NCBI GenBank assembly: GCA_017303715.1
Contig: JAFLBZ010000014.1
Location: 3,708 to 67,707, forward strand
From: Rhodothermia bacterium
GTDB taxonomy: Bacteria > Bacteroidota > Rhodothermia > Rhodothermales > UBA2364
Direction: 5' to 3'
DNA: 64,000 nucleotides
Of the stretch, positions 9,846-18,391 are shown piece by piece. Position 1 is the stretch's first letter, and every line of letters begins with the position of its first letter. Below the pieces are notes generated by a model. It was not told the origin of the DNA. It saw only the letters and a list, made by a program, of their open reading frames with translations, and did no database searches. The translations under genes and the position numbers were made by a program.

Positions 9846-11657
9846 ATGGAAAAAAAAGAAGCACCAAAAGACATTATTGCAAAAGAAATATTTGAGGCTG
9901 TATCTCTTGATGGACTAAAGGCTTTTTATGAAAGCTTTATTGTCCCATTTATAACATCCGATTCTGGGAAAAAATTTCGAGAAAATAATTCTTTTTTACT
10001 TAAAAAGATTAGCCTTAGCAGTAAAAAAACAATTGCAGAAATAATTGGAACGATTTTTGGAGATCAGGAATACTTTTCGCAATTCTACCATTTTTCGCCA
10101 AAGGATTTACAAACAATAATTTATCAACTCGTTTGGTTTAATGCTCAATATATTAAACATTTAGAAGCCAAATTTTCATTTAAAATAAGTGTAAATGAAA
10201 AAAGAATGTTTTATGCAAAAATACAAGATAAATATCTTTTTTTTTCCGATAAAAATCATCATCAATATTCAGGTAGCTACTACTTTCTTCAGCTCAAAAA
10301 AGGTATTAGGGCTGTTTTGCAGGAGTGGTTTAGGGAACTCTTACCTAATAAACTACAAGGCCATACCGAAGCGGAATTTACTGATTGTTTAGAAAAACAC
10401 AATATGGAAAGAGAGGGGCAGGCACTTTCGCAAATTACAACTTTGGTAACATACTTTAATGAATGTAAAATCAATAGAACGGCAGCCGGTAAAATTTCAG
10501 CTTCAACACTAAAAGAACTTAAAAAAGTAGGTAATATACAAGAATTATATCCATCCGAAAAAGGGGCACTTGGTCTTGCAATGACCAACTTAATCGCCAA
10601 CTTTTTCTCCTTGTTAACACTAAACAACAGCCTAAGTAACCCTTTGGTATTGACTAAATATATCGTAGATTCTTGGATGTTTATCCGTGACGATCTCATC
10701 CAAAGTATTTACTTACCTTATGTGACTCGATCTTATCATTCTAATAAATCCAGCAATTTAATTACCGAATATATATTTAACTCTATACAAGAATTAAATA
10801 AAGACACATGGTATTCGATAAAAGAATTTACGAACTATATTTATTTTACGAACCAAAATTTCTTTAATTATATAGACTCCTTTTATATTTTAAATATTCA
10901 ATTAATACAAAAGAATAATAATAAGAATGAATTTGATCATTATCTATCGGATGTTCGGCCACATCAAGTGATTGACATACTTGCAACACCAATAATAAAG
11001 AATTTCTTTGCGATAATGGCGACATTAGGTTTAGTAGAACTTGTCTATTCCAAGCCAAACAACCAAGATTTTCGCATAAAAGGACAAGAATATTTGAGTG
11101 TTTTTGATGGTCTTCAATATGTTCGGTTAACGGATTTGGGATTGTTTATTTTGGGCAAAACAAAAGACTATGAATATAAAAAAGAAATTGTTTTATCGGA
11201 AAAAGTCACTATTGAGTTAGACCCCAATTTTTTATTAATAAGCCTTTCCAAGCCTGATGTCGTAAAAGAAGCCCTCTTGCGTAGGTTTGCTGAAAAAGCT
11301 ACCTCGTGCCGTTTTAAGGTGAGTTTTCGGAGTTTTCTTAAACAATGCAGTACACCAGAAGATGTAAAAGCACAGGTAAAGGAATTTGAGAAAAGCGTTG
11401 CGCCCGCCGCCGAGTGGCCACCGAATTGGCAAGCCTTCATGGAGAAGGTGCAACAAAAATTGCGCCCTATCCGGCTCATACCCAATTATCTGGTGTTTAA
11501 GTTGGAAGATGATCCAGAATTGTTACAGGTTTTCCAGAGCGATCCGGTGCTTTCAAAGTTGATTTTGCGTGCTGAAGGGCGGCATATTTTGGTAGAACAA
11601 AGCCGCACTTCCGAATTGAAAGGCCGTTTGGGGCTTTTGGGCTACATCATGCCATAA
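9846..11657 (+). CDS. hypothetical protein; markedly AT-rich for its first ~1.4 kb, with a C-terminal ~130 aa faintly resembling XPB-N-terminal/helicase-associated domains
   Basis: 603-aa uninterrupted ORF, 61 nt after the SNF2 gene and 16 nt before the nuclease gene. I recognised no catalytic motif. The domain resemblance is from memory and weak. Confidence 0.55.
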   Translation: MEKKEAPKDIIAKEIFEAVSLDGLKAFYESFIVPFITSDSGKKFRENNSFLLKKISLSSKKTIAEIIGTIFGDQEYFSQFYHFSPKDLQTIIYQLVWFNAQYIKHLEAKFSFKISVNEKRMFYAKIQDKYLFFSDKNHHQYSGSYYFLQLKKGIRAVLQEWFRELLPNKLQGHTEAEFTDCLEKHNMEREGQALSQITTLVTYFNECKINRTAAGKISASTLKELKKVGNIQELYPSEKGALGLAMTNLIANFFSLLTLNNSLSNPLVLTKYIVDSWMFIRDDLIQSIYLPYVTRSYHSNKSSNLITEYIFNSIQELNKDTWYSIKEFTNYIYFTNQNFFNYIDSFYILNIQLIQKNNNKNEFDHYLSDVRPHQVIDILATPIIKNFFAIMATLGLVELVYSKPNNQDFRIKGQEYLSVFDGLQYVRLTDLGLFILGKTKDYEYKKEIVLSEKVTIELDPNFLLISLSKPDVVKEALLRRFAEKATSCRFKVSFRSFLKQCSTPEDVKAQVKEFEKSVAPAAEWPPNWQAFMEKVQQKLRPIRLIPNYLVFKLEDDPELLQVFQSDPVLSKLILRAEGRHILVEQSRTSELKGRLGLLGYIMP

Positions 11658-11673
11658 CTTTTGCATTGTATTT

Positions 11674-13395
11674 GTGTCACTTTTAGCCAACCATACCTTT
11701 GTTGTATTTGATACCGAAACGACGGGAATGAAGCCCGACGAAGACCGAGTTATTGAGATCGGGGCGGTCAAATTGGTCAATGGCGAGGAAGTGGCTCGCT
11801 TTTCGCAACTCATTAATCCGGGACGCTTTATCCCGAAGTTCATTACCGAGATCACAGGCATAAGTACGGCAATGTTGGTGGATCAGCCGCCACCAGAAGT
11901 GGTGTTGATGGATTTTTTGGCCTTTGCCGGAGATGCCGTATTGGTAGCGCACAACTTGTCTTTTGATGATGGCTTTATCTCGGCGGAGTTGGAGCGGGCG
12001 GAATTACCTGCTTTGGAGCATAAAAAATTATGTACGCTACGCCTTGCCCGTAGGTTGTTGCCGCGCCTGCCTTCGCGGGGTTTAAAAAACCTCGCAAATC
12101 ATTTTGGGATCCGGATTGTGCGGCATCACTGTGCGACAGCCGATGCGGAAGCCACCGCAAAAATCTTTGTCCAACTTGTGCGGTCGTTAGAAACCGAATT
12201 TCACGTCGCCACCATAGACGATGCGGTACGATTCCAATACAAATCCTATGCACAAACGAAGGGCGAACCGAAGCACATATCGGGTATCCGCGAAAAAATC
12301 CTGCCTCAAATCCCAGAGTTACCGGGCGTGTACCGGATGTATGATCGTTCTAAACGGTTAATCTATGTTGGAAAGGCCAGAAGGCTACGGGATCGGGTCA
12401 CTTCGTATTTCCGTGCCATCGAGAACCACCCCAAAAAAACGCAAAATTTGGTACGTGAAGTCCGCGACATCAAATGGGATGTGCTTCCATCCGAGTTAGA
12501 CGCCTTATTGATGGAGTCTAAGCTGATCAAACAGCACTTGCCGAAGTTTAATCGGGCATTGGTTCGGTACAAAAATGCACCATTTCTTTGTCTAAACAGC
12601 CACCTTGCCTTCCCGACGATTGGTTGGAAGTATGTGGTCCAAAACGACGGGGCAGAGTATTTTGGGCCACTTGCCAACCGAGAACAAGCGGAGCAAACAA
12701 TGGAATGGATCAACCATTTGTTTCGCCTAAGAGAATGTGACGAGGTTACGTTTAGCCGCAGACAGGTTTGTATCTACCACGAAATGGGTCGCTGCGAAGG
12801 ACCTTGTGCCAAGCCAGACGCCGCACGAGTTTATCCGGAACATGTGCAAATGGTACGTAACTTTTTGCTGGGCGAGAACGAGAGCGTCCGGCTGACCCTT
12901 GAACATAAAATGAAAAAAGCCGCGTCCACCTTGGCCTTCGAGGAGGCACGCGGATATCGGGATCAGTTGCAAATGTTCGATCGGATTCTGCAGGGGAGAA
13001 AACACATGGCGGCTCCGGTGCGGGAACACAATGGCGCTTTTGTCTTGTGGGAAGACCGTGCATTGTTGGTACATCTCGTCCGTTTTGGGAAAAAGGCAGA
13101 AACCCTAAGGTTTAGTGCGGAGGGGTGGCCAACCGAGCAGGTTCAAAATTTACTTGCTGCGGTTGTGGCCGATCATTTTTCGGAAGATCGTGTACCACCG
13201 GAACGTTATGGTCAAAAAGAGGTGGACGAAATCCGTATTTTGGCGCATTGGATGTACTGTAATCGTGGGCGATTTCATCAAATTCCCTTTACACGCGGGA
13301 TGTCTTTGTCCGATTTTCTCTTGCGTATCCGTGAAGTTCTGGAGCAAGTAAGAACGGCTCCCGCGCTTCCACCAACTGATTTTTCATCGAAGTAA
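11674..13395 (+). CDS. DEDDh 3'-5' exonuclease (DnaQ/epsilon-like) fused to a GIY-YIG/UvrC-N-terminal (Cho-like) nuclease
   Basis: Exo motifs VFDTETTGM, AHNLSFD and HHCATADAEATAK. GIY-YIG region GVYRMYD...LIYVGKARRLRDRVTSYF. UvrC-type Cys segment CIYHEMGRCEGPC. Confidence 0.85.
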   Translation: MSLLANHTFVVFDTETTGMKPDEDRVIEIGAVKLVNGEEVARFSQLINPGRFIPKFITEITGISTAMLVDQPPPEVVLMDFLAFAGDAVLVAHNLSFDDGFISAELERAELPALEHKKLCTLRLARRLLPRLPSRGLKNLANHFGIRIVRHHCATADAEATAKIFVQLVRSLETEFHVATIDDAVRFQYKSYAQTKGEPKHISGIREKILPQIPELPGVYRMYDRSKRLIYVGKARRLRDRVTSYFRAIENHPKKTQNLVREVRDIKWDVLPSELDALLMESKLIKQHLPKFNRALVRYKNAPFLCLNSHLAFPTIGWKYVVQNDGAEYFGPLANREQAEQTMEWINHLFRLRECDEVTFSRRQVCIYHEMGRCEGPCAKPDAARVYPEHVQMVRNFLLGENESVRLTLEHKMKKAASTLAFEEARGYRDQLQMFDRILQGRKHMAAPVREHNGAFVLWEDRALLVHLVRFGKKAETLRFSAEGWPTEQVQNLLAAVVADHFSEDRVPPERYGQKEVDEIRILAHWMYCNRGRFHQIPFTRGMSLSDFLLRIREVLEQVRTAPALPPTDFSSK

Positions 13396-14280
13396 ATGTT
13401 TGGCGAACCTATTTTCCAGCCTCAATTTGTAGGCATCAATGGCGTTGTGCTTCCGGCAAGTGAGGCCAAAATTCATATCACAGATTTGGCCTTCCTACGC
13501 GGGTATGGCATTTTTGATTTCCTGCGTGTTGCGTCTGGCGTTCCTATGTTTATGGAGCGCTATTTGGCCCGTTTTAAGCATTCGGCGGCTTTGTTGGGGT
13601 TGGAAATTCCGCTTTCGGAGCCTGCACTTATTGCACACCTCTACGAATTGATTGCCGCAAATGGCCATCCAAAGTCTGGCCTAAAGTTGGTGTTAACAGG
13701 TGGGTATTCCTTAGATGGCTACCAACCCACATCTCCCAATTTGGTTGTGATGGACGTACCCTACCCTATGCCTAAACCCCAACAATACAGCGAGGGCGTC
13801 TCGTTAATTACCCATTCCTACGTCCGCGAGATCCCAGAAGCCAAAACACTCAATTATATCGTACCCATTCGGGCATTACCGCAAATAAAAGCCGCCAATG
13901 CCTTTGATGTTTTGTATGTTGATGGCAATGGCTGGATTACCGAATCGTCGCGCTCAAACTTTTTTTTGGTGACGTCCGATGGTACGGTGGTTACGCCCAA
14001 TGAACGCATCTTGGCGGGCGTAACACGAAGCGTGGTCTTAGAATTGGCGGAAGCGTCCTTTAAGGTGGAAACGCGGCCTGTCCATCGGGACGAATTGGCA
14101 ACTGCGCAGGAGGCTTTTATCACGTCCACGACCAAAGGGGTTTTGGGTGTAGTACAGGTTGATGGTCAAATTATTGGCGATGGCAAAGTGGGTGACGTCT
14201 GTAAGATGTTACACCATGCGTTTTTGGCCTTCAGCAATGCGTATTTGGAAGATGCTAAGCAATTACTTATGGAGGATTAG
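13396..14280 (+). CDS. class IV aminotransferase (branched-chain/D-amino-acid aminotransferase or aminodeoxychorismate-lyase family)
   Basis: 294 aa. The fold-type IV pattern (RGYGIFD, LTGG, EAKTLNY, ESSRSNFF, GVTR) suggests this family. The start abuts the upstream stop. Confidence 0.75.
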   Translation: MFGEPIFQPQFVGINGVVLPASEAKIHITDLAFLRGYGIFDFLRVASGVPMFMERYLARFKHSAALLGLEIPLSEPALIAHLYELIAANGHPKSGLKLVLTGGYSLDGYQPTSPNLVVMDVPYPMPKPQQYSEGVSLITHSYVREIPEAKTLNYIVPIRALPQIKAANAFDVLYVDGNGWITESSRSNFFLVTSDGTVVTPNERILAGVTRSVVLELAEASFKVETRPVHRDELATAQEAFITSTTKGVLGVVQVDGQIIGDGKVGDVCKMLHHAFLAFSNAYLEDAKQLLMED

Positions 14281-14474
14281 TTTTGATCCTATCTTTATAT
14301 ATTTCAAATACTTAAGAAAAGAAAAGTGTATTCTTCATGAACGTCCCAAGTCCATTAATAGTTAATATGGTTAAAATATATTGTGAACGGGTGGTGAATG
14401 AATTTATCTTATGCCTTTCCTTTTAAGGAATTTATTCCCTTTATCCTTTTAACCTTACCCAACTTTTTAATCCA

Positions 14475-15851
14475 ATGTCCATTTTTTCCAGTAAAAACGT
14501 TAGCCGACTAACGCTTGTGGCGGCACTTGGCTATTTTGTGGATGTTTATGACCTCCTGTTGTTTAATGTCATTAAGGGTGATAGTCTAAAAGACCTTGGG
14601 CTTGCGGGTATCGAGAACGAGGCCGCTTTGCTCAACTTCCAAATGTTCGGGATGTTGTTAGGCGGCATCATGTGGGGGATTTTGGGAGATAAAAAAGGAC
14701 GTGTAACGGTACTTTTCGGCTCTATACTCACCTATTCAATTGCTAATTTGGCCAATGCTTTTGTGGTCGGGTTTTGGGATTATGCCTTGTGGCGGTTTAT
14801 TGCCGGATTCGGGTTGGCGGGCGAGTTGGGGGCTGGCGTGACCTTGGTTTCCGAGACCATGGAGAAGGAGAAACGAGGGATTGGGACGATGATTATCGTT
14901 TCTTTTGGCGTTTTGGGCGCTGTTGTGGCCGTTTTAGTGCATGAGGCGCTTGGATGGCAAAATGCCTTTATCGTGGGCGGGGTCATGGGACTTGCCTTGT
15001 TACTTCTACGAGCGGGCGCTTTAGAGTCTGGCATGTTTGAAGGGATCAAAAAATCCGACGCCGTAAATCGAGGAGACTTTTTTCACCTCATCACACAAGA
15101 TAAAACCATCCGTAGGATTTGGGAGGTCTTGTTACCTGTTTCGTTGCTTGCGTTCGTGCTAAGTTTTCTGTTGCCCGCATACAGCACCTTGTACCGCACC
15201 ATTTTTGGCATCTTAGGTATTGGTATTGTGGTGCAAATGGTACGAGATGCACGCTTCCGAAAATATATGTATTGTATTTTATTGGGGATGCCCATTTGGT
15301 TCGTTATTGGGATTTTGGTCTCCTTCTCCAATCGTTTTGCGGTGGTAACAGGGGTTACGGGAGATATTTTAGTGCCTACAGCCGTTGCCTTCTGCTATTT
15401 AGGACTCTCGATGGGGGATTTTGCTTCCGGTTTATTGAGCCAAAAACTCCGTAGCCGCAAAAAAGCTATTTTAGCCTTTTTGGGATTAATGACTGTCGTA
15501 GTGCTGGCCTTTTTGTTCTTGCGTGGCCTTAGCCCGACGGTTTATTACACGCTTTGTTTTCTATTGGGTTTTTCAGCGGGATATTGGGCAATTTTCGTCC
15601 AAAATGCCTCCGAGCAATTCGGAACCAACTTGCGCTCTACGGTTACGAACACCGTGCCCAATTTCGTAAGAGGGGGCTTGGTGGCCATGTCGGCGGCGTT
15701 TTTGGCACTCATCCCCAATCCTAAAGTGCCGGATATGTACTTTATCCACTCGGCGCTTATTGTGGGGGGCGTGGTGATTATAATTGCCTTGTTCTCAACG
15801 TGGGCTATTCAGGAAACTTTCTCGAAAGACTTGGACTACGTGGAGGAATAA
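14475..15851 (+). CDS. MFS transporter
   Basis: 458 aa with about 12 hydrophobic segments. GDKKGR motif in the loop 2-3 position. Confidence 0.8.
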   Translation: MSIFSSKNVSRLTLVAALGYFVDVYDLLLFNVIKGDSLKDLGLAGIENEAALLNFQMFGMLLGGIMWGILGDKKGRVTVLFGSILTYSIANLANAFVVGFWDYALWRFIAGFGLAGELGAGVTLVSETMEKEKRGIGTMIIVSFGVLGAVVAVLVHEALGWQNAFIVGGVMGLALLLLRAGALESGMFEGIKKSDAVNRGDFFHLITQDKTIRRIWEVLLPVSLLAFVLSFLLPAYSTLYRTIFGILGIGIVVQMVRDARFRKYMYCILLGMPIWFVIGILVSFSNRFAVVTGVTGDILVPTAVAFCYLGLSMGDFASGLLSQKLRSRKKAILAFLGLMTVVVLAFLFLRGLSPTVYYTLCFLLGFSAGYWAIFVQNASEQFGTNLRSTVTNTVPNFVRGGLVAMSAAFLALIPNPKVPDMYFIHSALIVGGVVIIIALFSTWAIQETFSKDLDYVEE

Positions 15852-15875
15852 CCGCCGTATTTTTGACGTACTTTG

Positions 15876-15908
15876 AGGGTTGCCTATAGGGCGACCCTTT
15901 TTGTTTTG
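15876..15908 (+). terminator. rho-independent terminator after the first MFS gene
   Basis: agggttgcc / ggcgaccct stem (one G-T), loop tatag, then tttttgtttt. Confidence 0.6.
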
Positions 15909-16006
15909 TGCCAAAAATACAATAGAACGAATGGGCTTTGAAGTTTGTGGGACGAAAAAAAATGAGCAAAAAACTTGAACAATCGCTTCTTTAGAATCAC
16001 TGCGTT

Positions 16007-17242
16007 ATGGCTTTCAAGATTGAACAACAAAAGGTAGCAAGGCGAATTACCCTTGTAGCAGCACTGGGGTATTTTGTGGATGTCTTTGATATTGTTTTGT
16101 TTAACATCGTTAAAACGGATAGCCTGCGCGATCTTAGGGTGCTGCCGGAGCATATGCTGGTGTACGAAGTGGGGTTGCTAAATTGGCAATTGGGTGGCAT
16201 GTTGGTCGGTGGCCTGATGTGGGGAATTTGGGGCGATAAAAAAGGGCGGCTTTCGGTATTGTTTGGCTCCATCATTACCTATTCATTGGCCAATATCTTT
16301 AATGCGTTTATTACCGATGTGGCTTGGTATGCGCCGTTGCGGTTTTTGGCTGGTGTGGGCTTGGCCGGCGAACTCGGAGCGGGTGTAACCTTGGTGGCCG
16401 AAACAATGGAACGGGAAAAAAGAGGCATCGGAACCATGATGATTACCGCTGTTGGGGTTTTGGGGGCGGTTTGTGCGGCTTTGGTGGGTAAGATAATGCA
16501 CTGGCAAACGGCTTATCTCATTGGCGGGTTTATGGGGCTGGCCTTGCTGTTCTTGCGGGCAGGAACCTTGGAGTCCGAGATGTTTGAGCGACTGCTGTAC
16601 AATCCCGACATCAAAAAAGGCAGTTTATGGCTTATTCTTAGGGATAAACAAAGGCTGCTGCGGTATGTTTGGGTGGTGATGATTGGCTTGCCCGTGTGGT
16701 TTTTGGGTGGAATTGTGGTTCCACAAGCCCACCGATTTGGGGAGGCTTTGGGGGTTACAGGGCCAATTTTCGTGAATGATGCTGTGATTGTTTTTTATTT
16801 GGGCATTGCCTTAGGTGATTTGCTAAGTGGTGGCCTAAGCCAGTGGTTTAAGAGTCGGAAAAAAGTTCTCATTGGGTTCCATGTGGTTTCCTTTCCGTTA
16901 TACACCTTGCTTTTTGCAACATTCGGGTTATCCCCTACGCTTTTTTATATGGTCTTGTTTTTATTGGGTGTAACGTGTGGTTTTTGGGCGGTTTTTATCT
17001 CGATGGCCGCCGAGCAATTCGGAACCAATATCCGCTCTACCGTCACGAATACCGTTCCCAATGTAGTGCGCGGTCTTACCATTCCCATGACTGGCGTCTT
17101 TTTGTGGGTCTTGCCCATCGTACATGGAAGTATGGTGCTGGCTGCGGCTTGGGTGGGCTATGGAGTCTTGGCGATCGCTTTGGTGGCAACCCTACAAGTG
17201 GAAGAAACGTTCTCCAAAGACCTTAACTATGTTGAGAAGTGA
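16007..17242 (+). CDS. MFS transporter (paralogue of the upstream gene)
   Basis: 411 aa. Near-identical stretches to the neighbour (LVAALGYFVDV.D..LFN, GDKKGR, AEQFGTNLRSTVTNTVPN, ETFSKDL.YVE). Confidence 0.8.
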   Translation: MAFKIEQQKVARRITLVAALGYFVDVFDIVLFNIVKTDSLRDLRVLPEHMLVYEVGLLNWQLGGMLVGGLMWGIWGDKKGRLSVLFGSIITYSLANIFNAFITDVAWYAPLRFLAGVGLAGELGAGVTLVAETMEREKRGIGTMMITAVGVLGAVCAALVGKIMHWQTAYLIGGFMGLALLFLRAGTLESEMFERLLYNPDIKKGSLWLILRDKQRLLRYVWVVMIGLPVWFLGGIVVPQAHRFGEALGVTGPIFVNDAVIVFYLGIALGDLLSGGLSQWFKSRKKVLIGFHVVSFPLYTLLFATFGLSPTLFYMVLFLLGVTCGFWAVFISMAAEQFGTNIRSTVTNTVPNVVRGLTIPMTGVFLWVLPIVHGSMVLAAAWVGYGVLAIALVATLQVEETFSKDLNYVEK

Positions 17243-17384
17243 GGACAAGTCGGCGGTCTTCACATCTGGCAAGCAACTCGGTTGCAAAATGGATTTTAAA
17301 TTGTTGTTTTAAAACGATCTCTACGGGGCGGGGTTGCACGCAAGGCTAAAAGCAATAGCTTGCCAGAGACGAGAAGTAAAGCGA

Positions 17385-18183
17385 TTAACTCCGTCCTTCA
17401 GGGCGGAGGCATCAAGCAAGAACTACGCATAATGCGATATTAACTCCGTCCTTCAGGGCGGAGCAGTAGGCCCGGAAATAGCCTTGGGCTTTAGCCCTGA
17501 ACGGTGGTAAAAGGCGAATGCCGTGCGCTGGAAACGGTTTTCTACGAAGATGTCACCCCTACGGGGCTTTTCTTTTCGTTTGATGTCGGCTTTCTACGAA
17601 GATGCCACCCCTACGGGGCTTTTCTTTTCGTTTGATGTCGGGTTTCTACGAAGATGTCACTCGCTGGGGCTGGGTTGTGCGTTATCATGGCTAAAGCCGG
17701 AAGGGGTGGCCGTTGCACACAGCCCCACGCTGAAGCATGGGGTTAATATGAAGCCGGAGAACAGGGGACAACGTTGCTCGTCTGAATGTGGACGTAAAGC
17801 AAGCAAAAACAATGATTAACGAAACAGCAATGTCGTCCTTCAGGGCGGGGTAGTAGGCTCCGAAATAGCCTTGGGCTTTAGCCCTGAACGATCCCCAACA
17901 TGTATGCCGTGCGCTGGGAATGGTTTTCTACGAAGATGTCACCCCTACGGGGCTGGGCTTTGCGTTTGATGTCGGCTTTCTACGAAGATGCCACCCCTAC
18001 GGGGCTTTTCTTTTCGTTTGGAATGGTTTTCTACGAAGATGCCACCCCTACGGGGCTTTTCTGTTCGTTTGGAATGGCTTTCTACGAAGATGCCATCTCG
18101 CTGGGGCTGGGTTGTGCGTTATCATGGCTAAAGCCGGAAGGGGTGGCCGTTGCACACAGCCCCACGCTGAAGCATGGGGTTAA
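17385..18183 (+). repeat. mosaic hairpin-repeat array A (two tandem composite elements holding 3 and 4 copies of a ~52-bp unit)
   Basis: Core unit tttctacgaagatg[c/t]cacccctacggggcttttcttttcgtttgatgtcggc starts near 17538, 17591, 17643, 17924, 17977, 18027 and 18079. Each composite is preceded by the hairpin ctccgtccttcagggcggag plus agtaggc.cggaaatagccttgggctttagccctgaacg. Each ends with catggctaaagccggaaggggtggccgttgcacacagccccacgctgaagcatggggttaa. Confidence 0.9.
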
Positions 18184-18391
18184 AACAATGCCAGCAACTT
18201 TTTGAACTCGGCGGCCATGCAAAATGGCAGCCATACAAAATTTATGCAACCCACCACAGGCGACAATCTGGTTAACCCATAACACCCTTTATTTTTTAAA
18301 AAGTCTTGCAAATGAGACCATAAACCCATACCATTGCATGGTATATTACAAGATAAAAATGGCAAGGCATACCTTTTAAAAAATCCATTCT

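Noticed and set aside
17385-18183. The repeat arrays (here and at 23400-23885) as CRISPR arrays
   Set aside because: The ~52-bp units abut each other with no unique spacers. The copies are degenerate rather than exact. No cas genes are present in the window.
17523-18205. ORFs 17523..17819, 17900..18205 and 17920..18183, plus 23319..23606, 23573..23764, 23625..23816 and 23634..23963, as protein genes
   Set aside because: Their sequences (FYEDATPTGLFFSFDVGFLRRCHPYGAF... reiterated) are just translations of the tandem DNA repeats in several frames. There are no starts in sensible context and no domain-like content.
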